NCBI RefSeq assembly: GCF_022259695.1
Contig: NZ_CP092099.1
Coordinates: 168,471 to 232,470, forward strand
Length of the DNA stretch: 64,000 nucleotides
Reading direction: 5' to 3'
Source: Flaviramulus sp. BrNp1-15
GTDB taxonomy: Bacteria > Bacteroidota > Bacteroidia > Flavobacteriales > Flavobacteriaceae
Shown: positions 1 through 9,252 of the stretch, piece after piece
How the letters are laid out: each line of letters begins with the position of its first letter
Position numbering within the stretch: position 1 is the first letter of the stretch
Translations under genes and position numbers: made by a program
The notes under the pieces: model-generated
The model's input: only the letters and a program-made list of their open reading frames with translations
Database searches by the model: none
Told to the model about the DNA's origin: nothing

Positions 1-83
1 TTTACAGTAAGACAGCTTTCCCCATTCTTGCGCAATTCTTAAATAAGCTTTGTCGTACTTAAGTTGTTTATTTTTTAGCATTA
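1..83 (-). CDS. dCMP deaminase-like (CMP/dCMP deaminase zinc-binding family), N-terminal 27 codons only; gene continues off the window start
   Basis: Reverse-complement translation MLKNKQLKYDKAYLRIAQEWGKLSYCK is open to the window edge. The pattern (Y..A...S..S.C) matches the N-termini of ComEB/dCMP deaminases. Confidence 0.45.
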
Positions 84-421
84 ATTTATTCTACAATTAT
101 GGCGTTACCCATCCCGATAGCTATCAGGATGCGTCAGGCTTTTCGTTTCAATCTTTTTTATATGTACTAGATACATCCCGATTTAAATCGGGGCACTCGA
201 AATAACATAAAAAAGGATTTACACTGCAATCCTTAACGCGTAAACAATATAACGAATATACTAGCTTCGTATTTTAATTACAACGCAAGTTCGTTAAAGT
301 TTTATGAAAGTTTGTGTTAATTATATATAATTTTAATTTGAATACGTCTTTGCGTTAGGGATTGCAGCAAGCTACCGTGTAGCGCAGAAAGTCCGACCCA
401 AAGGGTAACGCCCAAATAAAA

Positions 422-1012
422 TTAGGCTAAGAAATCGCTATTCATAATCATTGGAATAACCAAGCCTACTACCACAGCAGAAATTACCATAATCCAATCG
501 CGTTTTGAAAATCTGAAAATGGTTTGAAACAGAAAGCCTAAAAACAAAACCATGAACACAATTATTACTTGTGCCAATTCTATACCTAAAGCGAATTCTA
601 ATAACAAAACTAACTTATTATCAGATTCTCCCAGAAACATTTGGAACTCGCGAGCAAACCCCAAACCGTGAATTAAACCAAAGAATAATGTTGATAAAAA
701 TAACACTCCTACTTTTTCTTTACGAGCGCCTTTCCCTGCCGTAAACACATTAAAAAGTGCAACAACCAGTATGGTTACAGGAATTAAAAACTCAACTATG
801 GTAGCGTTTACATGTACAACACTGTAAGCAGCCAAAACTAAAGATAGGGTATGCCCTAATGTGAACATAGAAACCAGTAATAAAACACGTTTCCAATCTT
901 TAAACACATAAGGAACCGTTAAAACTATAAGAAATAAAACATGATCGTAGGCATTAATATCGAGTACATGGTTTATGCCGTATTGAACATTAAACCAGAA
1001 ATTTTCAAGCAT
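422..1012 (-). CDS. HupE/UreJ family Ni/Co transporter membrane protein
   Basis: 196-aa polytopic membrane ORF. The N-terminal GINHVLDINAYDHVLF motif is characteristic of HupE/UreJ. Confidence 0.7.
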   Translation of the reverse strand: MLENFWFNVQYGINHVLDINAYDHVLFLIVLTVPYVFKDWKRVLLLVSMFTLGHTLSLVLAAYSVVHVNATIVEFLIPVTILVVALFNVFTAGKGARKEKVGVLFLSTLFFGLIHGLGFAREFQMFLGESDNKLVLLLEFALGIELAQVIIVFMVLFLGFLFQTIFRFSKRDWIMVISAVVVGLVIPMIMNSDFLA

Positions 1013-1048
1013 GGTAATTAAGATTTAGGGATGGTTTCATTTTAATTG

Positions 1049-1231
1049 TTAATTAGTAATTTGCTTTTTATTTTTAAAGACTTTAAAAACAAGCGAAATA
1101 TTGACAATAAATGCGGGAATAATAAAAACATCTATAACTGTATTTAATTCTAATATATCATATTGAAGTAATACTATTGATGAAAAAATTATAACTGTAG
1201 AAATTATTAATCCTATTTTAAAGTAATCCAT
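1049..1231 (-). CDS. small hydrophobic hypothetical protein (60 aa)
   Basis: Single TM-like ORF, co-directional with neighbours; no recognisable domain. Confidence 0.25.
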   Translation of the reverse strand: MDYFKIGLIISTVIIFSSIVLLQYDILELNTVIDVFIIPAFIVNISLVFKVFKNKKQITN

Positions 1232-1286
1232 TTTTTAAATGTTTTTATTAAACCTTAAGCAACTCAAATATACAATTAATTAGATT

Positions 1287-2249
1287 TTATTTGAATTCTC
1301 CTTTATACTTTTTACTTAATTGTAAAAGCATCTCTTTAGTAATATCTTCCAGAGTAAAAGTATGTTTCCATTTCCAGTCTTGTCTAGCATAAGAATCATT
1401 TATACTTTTAGGCCAACTATTAGCAATCTCTTGTCTATAATCTGGATTATATTCTACTTCAAATTCTGGCATATGGTTTTTAATTGATGCCACCACTTCT
1501 TTGGGCGTAAAACTTATAGCTGCAAGATTGTAAGACGATCTTATTTTAATATGCTCTGGTTTTGCACTCATGATATCTACTGTAGCTTTAATAGCATCGT
1601 CCATAAACATCATGGGTAATTCGGTATCTTCTTTTAAAAAGCATTCGTAAAATTTGTTTTTAATGGCTTCATGATAAATTTCAACAGCATAATCTGTGGT
1701 ACCTCCTCCAGGTAATGTTTTCCAACTTATAATTCCTGGGTAGCGCAAACTACGAACGTCTACACCGTATTTATTATGGTAATACTCACACCAACGCTCG
1801 CCAACTTGCTTAGTTATTCCATAAACTGTTGATGGCTCCATAACGGTATATTGTGGTGTGTACTTTGTCGGTGTTGTTGGTCCAAAAACAGCTATACTGG
1901 ATGGCCAAAATACTTTTTTAATAAATTTGGCACGCGCTAAATTTAATACATGAAACAAGGAGGTCATGTTTAAATCCCACGCTTTCATTGGGTATTTTTC
2001 TCCTGTTGCACTTAATATAGCGGCCATTAAATATACCGTATCTATATTGTATTTTTCTACACAAACTTTAATACTAGCATAGTCTTGTGCATCAACAATT
2101 TCAAAAAGACCGGTATTTACAATGTCTGGATTGTTATAACTAATGTCGCTTGCAATCACATTATCATTACCGTAAATGCTTCGCAGCTTAAATGTTAATT
2201 CTGAACCTATTTGCCCGCAAGCACCAATAATTAATATTTTAGAACCCAT
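1287..2249 (-). CDS. NAD-dependent epimerase/dehydratase, L-threonine 3-dehydrogenase-like (UDP-glucose 4-epimerase fold)
   Basis: Rossmann motif MGSKILIIGACGQIGSELT. The length and conserved segments resemble short-chain TDH of Flavobacteria. Start set at the internal Met (MGSKIL), not the upstream extension in the ORF track. Confidence 0.7.
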   Translation of the reverse strand: MGSKILIIGACGQIGSELTFKLRSIYGNDNVIASDISYNNPDIVNTGLFEIVDAQDYASIKVCVEKYNIDTVYLMAAILSATGEKYPMKAWDLNMTSLFHVLNLARAKFIKKVFWPSSIAVFGPTTPTKYTPQYTVMEPSTVYGITKQVGERWCEYYHNKYGVDVRSLRYPGIISWKTLPGGGTTDYAVEIYHEAIKNKFYECFLKEDTELPMMFMDDAIKATVDIMSAKPEHIKIRSSYNLAAISFTPKEVVASIKNHMPEFEVEYNPDYRQEIANSWPKSINDSYARQDWKWKHTFTLEDITKEMLLQLSKKYKGEFK

Positions 2250-2413
2250 TAAAAACCATATATGTAAGGATTTTTCAAAAATAACAAGATTTTGATGATA
2301 ATATGATATTTTAAATATCAAATATTCTTCAATTTGATTACTTTGTAATTCGTCTAAAAAATCAAGTATTACTTATATCTTTGTAGAGTGATTCTATTAC
2401 TAAATTAAACTCT

Positions 2414-2929
2414 ATGAGAATTAAAGTTTTAAGTATTTTAAGCCTAATCGTTTTGTTAGTTTCTTGTAAAAAAACACAAGAAACTCCAACAGATAATATT
2501 GAAGAACAACAAACCCAAGATATTACCGAACAAGATATTGCTAAGCTTAAATTTATAGACTATGCTTTAGACTCTAAAACAGATGAAGCTATAAAAGATT
2601 GGAAAGAATACTTCGAGTTACAGGATGTTATAACTAATGTAAAGAAAGCGGATTTAGTTTTTTTTAATGATAATGAAGAGAATGTAAAACTTCTTGCTAA
2701 AAAGCTAAAAGAAAATATTCCAAATACGTTAAATTCTGAGCCTGTTTTAGCTAGAATGTTGGTTTTAGAAACCAAAATTTTTAAGCTTGAAAGTTTATCT
2801 AATTTATCTACAACAAGCAAAGAAGAACTTTTAAATACTATAAAGGAATTTTTGGTAGCATTTTCTAATCTTAACTTTCAAATGAATAAAAAAGTTGAGT
2901 TTGATAATCGTTCTATTGAAAAGCCTTAA
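2414..2929 (+). CDS. lipoprotein, hypothetical
   Basis: Signal peptide plus lipobox (LLVSC); acidic, low-complexity mature region. Confidence 0.5.
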   Translation: MRIKVLSILSLIVLLVSCKKTQETPTDNIEEQQTQDITEQDIAKLKFIDYALDSKTDEAIKDWKEYFELQDVITNVKKADLVFFNDNEENVKLLAKKLKENIPNTLNSEPVLARMLVLETKIFKLESLSNLSTTSKEELLNTIKEFLVAFSNLNFQMNKKVEFDNRSIEKP

Positions 2930-2980
2930 AATATATTCTTAATAATAAAAAGGCTCGATTTTAAAATCGAGCCTTTTTAT

Positions 2981-3682
2981 TTAATTTTTAGGTTGTTGTA
3001 AAGCTTGCTTTTGCCTTAACAACTCCGATTTAGTTAACTGAACTAAATTAAAGTTTGGTGCTATTTTTAAGGTAGCATCCAAAATATCTACAGTTGCATC
3101 TATATTTGCTTTTTTGTCTTTATTATAAACAGATAGTGCATTTAAATACATAAAAGCTGCTTTTAATGACACTTCATACGGTTGTTGAGATTCATAAAAT
3201 GCTTTTTTCATATCATCTTTAGAATTTACTATACCATAATTTATATGCTTTTCGGCTTCAGCTAATTTTTGAATTTGTAAATTAAGTTCAGCCAATTCAT
3301 AAGCGACTAAAGCATTTGGGGTTCTTTTAAACATTTCTTCAAAAAGACCAATTGCTAATTCGGGTTGTTTTACCGCTTTTAACGATACTGCTTTAACCTC
3401 AACGGCAATATCAGAGTCTGTTGAATTTCTTTCATAACCAATAGTATTAAGAGCTTGCACATATTTACCTTCGCTCATATAAATGTAGGCTAAAGTGTCT
3501 TTTCTTTCTTGAGAAGGCGATAAAACATTTAGGTGCGTCATGCCGTTTATAATACCCTGTACATCACCCTGTGCTTTCATTTGGTTATAATAAGCCTCAT
3601 AGTGTTTTATTAATTCTGAGTTAGTTTGTGCACTCAACATAAAACTGCTCATTAGTAAAACTAATCCAACTAATTTTTTCAT
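2981..3682 (-). CDS. secreted TPR-like hypothetical protein
   Basis: N-terminal signal peptide (MKKLVGLVLLMSSFMLSAQ); helical-repeat composition. Confidence 0.5.
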   Translation of the reverse strand: MKKLVGLVLLMSSFMLSAQTNSELIKHYEAYYNQMKAQGDVQGIINGMTHLNVLSPSQERKDTLAYIYMSEGKYVQALNTIGYERNSTDSDIAVEVKAVSLKAVKQPELAIGLFEEMFKRTPNALVAYELAELNLQIQKLAEAEKHINYGIVNSKDDMKKAFYESQQPYEVSLKAAFMYLNALSVYNKDKKANIDATVDILDATLKIAPNFNLVQLTKSELLRQKQALQQPKN

Positions 3683-3952
3683 CTTTTTTTAATTTATTTT
3701 TTCGTGAGCTAAAACTATAAAAAATTAACATTTAAACACTTAAAAGAATGCTAATTATTTCTATTTAAATTAAATACCCTAGTTAAGCTAATTAAAGATA
3801 TATTGATATGTGAGTTTATATTATTAAAATCTCAAAATTTTAAAATTAAGTTACATAATATTTAAATTTCTAATAATTAAGGACTTGAAAAATACATTTT
3901 TAGGAAAATCGAAAAATAATATCTATATTTAAGATTACTAAATTTATAGATT

Positions 3953-4420
3953 ATGGGAATAAAAAGTTTTCAAGGCGCTAGAAGATCCAAGTCTGCAATT
4001 ACAGATAGTACACCTTTAAAGGTTAGTGACTACATGACAACTAATTTGATTACGTTTACTCCTGATCAAACTATAGAAAGTGTTATGCAATCTCTTATTA
4101 AGCATAGAATTTCTGGCGGACCTGTTGTTAATGAAAAAAATGAATTGATTGGAATTATCTCTGAAGGTGATTGTATTAAACAAATTAGCGAAAGCAGATA
4201 TTACAATATGCCAATGCAGGATAAAACCATAGAAAAGCACATGGTGCAAGATGTTGACACCATAGATGGCAATATGAATATTTTTGATGCTGCCAATAAA
4301 TTTTTAAATGCTAAACGTCGTCGTTTTCCAATAGTTGAAAATGGCAAATTAGTTGGTCAAATAAGTCAAAAAGATGTCCTAAAAGCCGCCATGAAATTAA
4401 AAGGACAAAACTGGAAATAG
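3953..4420 (+). CDS. CBS domain-containing protein
   Basis: Tandem CBS-pair signatures (ISGGPVVNEKNELIGIISEGD ... RRFPIVENGKLVGQISQKDVL). Confidence 0.7.
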   Translation: MGIKSFQGARRSKSAITDSTPLKVSDYMTTNLITFTPDQTIESVMQSLIKHRISGGPVVNEKNELIGIISEGDCIKQISESRYYNMPMQDKTIEKHMVQDVDTIDGNMNIFDAANKFLNAKRRRFPIVENGKLVGQISQKDVLKAAMKLKGQNWK

Positions 4421-4421
4421 C

Positions 4422-5135
4422 TTAAAGTCTATCGTTTACTCTTAATAAAGCTTTTGGTTCATCAGTAATCAAAAGCTTTTCTTTTTTATTTCCTGTAAGT
4501 GTTAAAATTTTTGAATAGGAATAACCTTCAATAGGTTCGTTTAAGGCTTTCCAATTAGCAACTCCTTTTACAGCAATAGTTTCGTCTAATTCAATAACAC
4601 CTTCGCTGTATCTCATACTTTTGTTTATACCTAAAATACCTGTGCTTTTTTTATTATGAGATATTAAATACTGTTCTAATTTTTCTGGAGCATCATTTCT
4701 AAAACCCGATTTTTCTTTGTGGTCTTTAACTAAATGAAATCGCATAGAACTTTTATTTAAATTGGAGGATTTAACAATAGTCATTTCAGAATTGGTCTCA
4801 ATAAAAAAATCTTGAGTTTTTACATCGTCTATTATTTTCCGCCAGTGTTTATCGCCTTTAACCTCTATAATAATATGGTAGTAAACACATTGTCTTCCGC
4901 TAAGTGGAGCAATTAAAGGCTGGTTTACATATTTAGCTTTACCAATTACTTTTGCATATTCGTTTTGTTGAATACTATTTATTGATTTTTTTCTACTTGT
5001 CTTAAATGCTCTAAGCAATACACTTTTGTTGCTGTAGTAATAAGATATAAACCCAATTACTGCAACCGCCAAAAACATGGCTATAGGAATTAGTATTTTT
5101 GAGTTTTCTTGTAGTAACGATAAAATGTCTTCCAT
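4422..5135 (-). CDS. membrane-anchored hypothetical protein (N-terminal TM helix; possible GIDE-like soluble domain)
   Basis: 237-aa ORF with a single N-terminal TM segment. It lies 9 bp downstream of a Zn-ribbon ORF, in an apparent three-gene operon with a DinB-family gene. Confidence 0.5.
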   Translation of the reverse strand: MEDILSLLQENSKILIPIAMFLAVAVIGFISYYYSNKSVLLRAFKTSRKKSINSIQQNEYAKVIGKAKYVNQPLIAPLSGRQCVYYHIIIEVKGDKHWRKIIDDVKTQDFFIETNSEMTIVKSSNLNKSSMRFHLVKDHKEKSGFRNDAPEKLEQYLISHNKKSTGILGINKSMRYSEGVIELDETIAVKGVANWKALNEPIEGYSYSKILTLTGNKKEKLLITDEPKALLRVNDRL

Positions 5136-5143
5136 AAAATTAT

Positions 5144-5491
5144 TTATTCTCGTTTAACCAAAGCATAAAAATCGTTTTCTAAAGGTAAATACCCTTGGTC
5201 GTAAACAAAATAATAAATGGTTCCTGCTTTTGTGGTGTATATACTTGTAAAGTAATTAAAATCAAATCCAGCTTCAATAAGTTTTGCTCTAGACGTTTTT
5301 GTTTTTTTATCTGGATTAAGTGTCTCTAAAATTCTGTAATTTTTACGAAGTCTATTATTTGTATTACGAATTAAATTCTTGCTGTCTTTATTTACACGAT
5401 TATTATAAGCGTTTCTACAGCCATCACTACAGAATTTTTTATCAATTCTACCTATAATTTTATCGCCACATTCTAAACACTTTTTTTGCAT
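5144..5491 (-). CDS. zinc-ribbon hypothetical protein
   Basis: C-x2-C ... C-x3-C arrangement near the N-terminus (CLECGDK...CSDGC); 115 aa. Confidence 0.5.
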   Translation of the reverse strand: MQKKCLECGDKIIGRIDKKFCSDGCRNAYNNRVNKDSKNLIRNTNNRLRKNYRILETLNPDKKTKTSRAKLIEAGFDFNYFTSIYTTKAGTIYYFVYDQGYLPLENDFYALVKRE

Positions 5492-5499
5492 AATCTTAT

Positions 5500-6039
5500 T
5501 TAATTAAGAATTGAAAGGTAAGCTTTCCAAGGTCCTACTTCACTTTTATATTGCTTCGCCATAACTCTTGAAATTTGTGCAATATGTCCTAAATCATGAA
5601 CCACCCACGAAGCCAATAATTGTTTTAAAGTTACTTCGCCTAAGTGCGGATGCTTTCCTGTAAAATTATAATTTGATTCGGTTATAGAAACAGATTTTAA
5701 ATACTCTAAATTTTTCTCACGTAATTTTAAAAACTCACTTAAAAGCTGAGACATTGTTTTTCCTTTTGAAATTTCAAATTGAGCAAACCTATCAAACGGT
5801 TCAAATGTTTTATCTTCTGAGTTAGATAAAATAATTTTTGCCCTAGTAACCCAATCACATTTTTCACAATGTATTAAATGCCCAATTACATCAAAAGGGC
5901 TCCAGGTATCTTCACCTTCATTAGAAAAAACCCATTCGTCTGATAAGTTTGACAACATTGCTAATAATGTTTTTGGTGTTCGTTCTAAAATCTCAAAAGA
6001 CTGATTTATATTGTATTCCATAACACAAATATAAGGCAA
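5500..6039 (-). CDS. DinB/YfiT-like putative metal-dependent hydrolase
   Basis: DinB_2-type His motifs (HLIHCEKCDW ... VVHDLGHIAQI). Confidence 0.7.
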   Translation of the reverse strand: MPYICVMEYNINQSFEILERTPKTLLAMLSNLSDEWVFSNEGEDTWSPFDVIGHLIHCEKCDWVTRAKIILSNSEDKTFEPFDRFAQFEISKGKTMSQLLSEFLKLREKNLEYLKSVSITESNYNFTGKHPHLGEVTLKQLLASWVVHDLGHIAQISRVMAKQYKSEVGPWKAYLSILN

Positions 6040-6237
6040 CTATATACTTTAAGGGACAAATCCAGTGACACGTGTCTTTTAAATTAAAATTTTAATAGTC
6101 TAAAATTAAGGAAAAATAACCGAGTACAAACGTATATAAAATACTAAGAAATGAATAAAAAATTTACATTTAGAGAAAGGAAGTTGATAAAAGTTATTTT
6201 TATAAGCGTTGTATTATTAATGCTTTTAATTGTAATT

Positions 6238-6669
6238 TCACTTGTTTTTTTCAGGGATAAATTCTATTATTAATACTACAATATTTATCAAAAAAAATAT
6301 AATAATATACCAATAGAAATATATATAAGCGTTACAAAAAAAACCTACAGAATACACTACAAATAATAATATTGATTTCCATATAATTAATATAAGTGCA
6401 GACACTGAAACGCTTTTTAGTATGCGGTCTTCTTCGTTTTCTTTCTCTTCTTTAAAATCTTCAGTTAATAATAATATAAACGTCATAAAAAACACAGAAA
6501 CAAAACTCAAAGTGCCAGATAAAACTATTAAAACTGTTCCATTTGTGTTTTCGTAGAAGTTATTATTTAAAAAGAAAATCGACAAATACCATAATGGAGA
6601 TATTAATAATGATATTACAAATGATTTTAAAAACTCGCTAGATTCTTCTATATCTTTTAAATACGACAT
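6238..6669 (-). CDS. polytopic membrane hypothetical protein
   Basis: 143-aa ORF, 3-4 TM segments, very AT-rich; sits in a gene-poor accessory stretch. Confidence 0.4.
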   Translation of the reverse strand: MSYLKDIEESSEFLKSFVISLLISPLWYLSIFFLNNNFYENTNGTVLIVLSGTLSFVSVFFMTFILLLTEDFKEEKENEEDRILKSVSVSALILIIWKSILLFVVYSVGFFCNAYIYFYWYIIIFFLINIVVLIIEFIPEKNK

Positions 6670-7168
6670 GAATTATAATTTATTCATCAATTTACAACAA
6701 AAGAATAAATATCCTACAAAAAAAGCCACTCTATTAACTTATATACTCCATAAATAGCACCAAACAATAAAGCCCACAATAAGCCACCTAAAAAGTTTTG
6801 TTTGTGTCTATTTGTGTAATTATCGTAATAATCGTTTTCTAGTTTATTCTTTTTTTTAAACAAATTTATTTGGTTTTATATCAGTAACAGTGTGCTTTTC
6901 AAAGGTATATAAAATATCTTTGTTAAAAACTTGTTGACAACGTTTTTAAAACCCATTTTCTAAATCAAAACATATCCACTAGCTTTACAAACACATCAGA
7001 AAACCCTTCCGCAAGCACTGGTGTTAGTGAAAATTCATATTAACTAACTAATTTAATTTAGAGGTATATCCTTATTTGTATTAAACAAATAAAGGAGATG
7101 CTGTAACATCTCCTTTGCGGACTAGGAAAGTCCTAGTCTTTAATTTTATTAATCTAACACTATTCACA

Positions 7169-7237
7169 GTGAAAGTAAGAAGAACTGTACGTACAACCCG
7201 TACAATCCGTATTACAAGAAGAGTTACCCGTAGGTAA
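7169..7237 (+). other. candidate 22-codon Arg/Thr-rich mini-ORF (GTG start), or non-coding tandem 9-bp repeat array
   Basis: VKVRRTVRTTRTIRITRRVTRR. Three tandem 9-mers (CGTACAAC-CCGTACAAT-CCGTATTAC) lie between two perfect hairpins (7091-7116, 7120-7138) and a terminator (7254-7286). Confidence 0.2.
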
Positions 7238-7253
7238 TTAATCTTAGTAACCC

Positions 7254-7286
7254 AAAAGGGGCGAATAATAGTACCCCCTTTTTTTA
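7254..7286 (+). terminator. rho-independent terminator
   Basis: AAAAGGGG-loop-CCCCC hairpin followed by T7. Confidence 0.6.
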
Positions 7287-7387
7287 AGTTTTAGTTTTGA
7301 GAGATTGAAGTCAGTCTCATTAGCTGTTCCTAAATCGAGTTTAGTAGACTCAATCTTAAATCTAAAACTTTTTAATTAAACGCCAAT

Positions 7388-7418
7388 GTCCGACATTGGC
7401 GTTTTTTCATTTGTAAAT
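7388..7418 (+). terminator. rho-independent terminator
   Basis: AAACGCCAATGTC-CGACATTGGCG perfect hairpin followed by T6. Confidence 0.65.
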
Positions 7419-7521
7419 ATACAAATAAATATTTTATGAGTCAATAAAATATTAGTATATTTTACTATTTTTATTCACAATTTTTAGCATATTTTACTAA
7501 AAACTGCTTATTTTTGGTCTT

Positions 7522-7743
7522 ATGAGTAAAAAACCAAAGGATGTTTTCATAGCCTTATGCGATAATAGGATAATATGTTATCATGTGAAATTAGAGCCTT
7601 TTTACAAAGAACTCAAAACCATAGAGCCAGATATAAACAGCTTATCTTATTATCAAAAAGAGTTTAAAAAAAATAATGAGATAGGATATATGAATGTAAA
7701 AGACAGAAAAACTTATTACTTAATACGTTTAAGTTCTCAATAA
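7522..7743 (+). CDS. hypothetical small protein (73 aa)
   Basis: ORF adjacent to the IS1595 transposase; converges on, and overlaps by 7 nt, the minus-strand 68-aa ORF. Confidence 0.3.
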   Translation: MSKKPKDVFIALCDNRIICYHVKLEPFYKELKTIEPDINSLSYYQKEFKKNNEIGYMNVKDRKTYYLIRLSSQ

Positions 7744-7943
7744 TGCTTAACCTTATGAATTCTGTAATTCATAAACTCGATCGGGAATTTCTTTTTTCTT
7801 ATTAAAGTCCAATAACTAGGAAAATTATCATCTTCTACTATTTCAGTAATCTTTTTTAGGTTTCCGAACGTACCTAAAACTTCACCGTCTTTGAGAAGTA
7901 CATAACTATACTGGTTTTCCTTTCTCTCTTTATATGTAGTCAT
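7737..7943 (-). CDS. hypothetical small protein (68 aa)
   Basis: ORF convergent with 7522..7743; no known domain. Confidence 0.3.
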   Translation of the reverse strand: MTTYKERKENQYSYVLLKDGEVLGTFGNLKKITEIVEDDNFPSYWTLIRKKKFPIEFMNYRIHKVKHY

Positions 7944-7949
7944 GTTACA

Positions 7950-9010
7950 AAACTACAAAATATATCAATATAACCGTAAATATTTGTATATTTTATTTGT
8001 ACATGTCAATATATTCGGTTATATTTGTATAACTAATTAAATCAACGACCATGAATTTCAAATCTTTACCACAGCTTTTAGATTACTTCAAAGAAGAAAA
8101 GACTTGTATTGAGTATTACGAGCAAATTCGTTGGGACGGTAAGCCTGTATGTCCTCATTGTGGTTGTGAGAGAACATATAAAACCACAAGAGGTTATAAA
8201 TGTGCTAATAATGAGTGTTACAAAAAGTTTACTGTTACCGTTGGAACAATCTTTCATGGTTCTAAAATATCTTTAAGAATATGGTTCGCAGCTATCTATT
8301 TAGCGACTACACATAAAAAAGGCATTAGTTCGGTTCAATTAGCTTTAGATTTAGGTATCACGCAAAAAACCGCATGGTTTGTATTGCATAGAATTAGAGA
8401 AATGCTAAAAGACAAAGCACCGCAAATGTTAGGAGAAAACAATATGGTAGAAGTTGATGAAACTTACATAGGTGGTAATAATAAAAATAGACATTACGGT
8501 AAAAAGCGTTCGCAAGTGGATAACACTTTAACCAATAGCGGTGAAGTGTACCAACCTAAAAAAATGGTAGTAGGTATTATTGAGCGTAACGGCAAAGTAG
8601 CTTTAAAACACGTTCCGAGTGCTGATTTAAACAATATCGGTGCATTGATTAGTAAACACGTGCCTAAAGGTTCTACAATCTATTCAGATGAAGCACCTGT
8701 ATATAGTCATTTAAAAAAGTATTACACGCATGACAACGTTAAACACTCTTTAAATGTTTATGTTGAAAACGGTGTACATACTAATACTATTGAGAACTTC
8801 TGGAGCGTTTTAAAGCGTGGTTTGTACGGTGTTTATCATCAAGTAAGCGCAAAGCATTTAGAACGTTATTTAGACGAATATAGCGCACGTTTTAATACTA
8901 GAGATTTATCTAGTCAAGAGCGTTTTGAAAAGTTTTTAATTGATAGTGAGAGTGTGTTGAGTTATAAGAGACTTACAAATATTAATAAAGCCTCTTAAAA
9001 AAAGAGGCTT
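7950..9010 (+). mobile_element. IS1595-family insertion sequence (boundaries approximate; terminal inverted repeats not resolved)
   Basis: A single transposase ORF is flanked by AT-rich DNA. The upstream region carries an inverted/direct repeat (ATATAACCG...CGGTTATATTTGTATA) at 7960-8035. Confidence 0.35.
8051..8998 (+). CDS. IS1595-family transposase (N-terminal zinc-ribbon plus DDE domain)
   Basis: N-terminal CPHCGC...C zinc ribbon and ISXO2-like DDE segments (VDETYIGG ... TNTIENFWSVLKRG). Confidence 0.8.
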   Translation: MNFKSLPQLLDYFKEEKTCIEYYEQIRWDGKPVCPHCGCERTYKTTRGYKCANNECYKKFTVTVGTIFHGSKISLRIWFAAIYLATTHKKGISSVQLALDLGITQKTAWFVLHRIREMLKDKAPQMLGENNMVEVDETYIGGNNKNRHYGKKRSQVDNTLTNSGEVYQPKKMVVGIIERNGKVALKHVPSADLNNIGALISKHVPKGSTIYSDEAPVYSHLKKYYTHDNVKHSLNVYVENGVHTNTIENFWSVLKRGLYGVYHQVSAKHLERYLDEYSARFNTRDLSSQERFEKFLIDSESVLSYKRLTNINKAS

Positions 9011-9252
9011 TATTTTATTTTAATAAGATTAAATTTACTATCCACCTGTTTTGTCATTACAATTAATTCCATTTCCTAAAATTTTAAATTGATTTTTCAT
9101 GTTTATTTATTTTTAATTAGTGTTTTTTTTTAATTCGTTGCGTTAAATTACTATTATATTAGTAAAAAACAATACTTTCTTTAATAAAAAAATCTATTTT
9201 TATAGATATATTAACAAAATAATCGACAAAATACATGTTTTTAATCGTTTAA

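Noticed and set aside
84-421. Possible cobalamin/NiCo-type riboswitch for the HupE/UreJ transporter, and an RNase P-like GCAGAAAGTCCGA motif
   Set aside because: The region lies downstream (3') of the minus-strand hupE, not in its 5' leader. The RNase P similarity is limited to one short box with no P4 or other conserved helices.
2560-2820. 86-aa ORF on the minus strand inside the lipoprotein gene
   Set aside because: Fully antisense to a better-supported ORF; low-complexity translation.
4016-4249. 77-aa minus-strand ORF within the CBS gene
   Set aside because: Antisense overlap; no start context or domain.
8999-9130. Right inverted repeat of the IS1595 element
   Set aside because: No convincing match (>10 bp) to the left-end repeats could be found by eye; boundaries left approximate.
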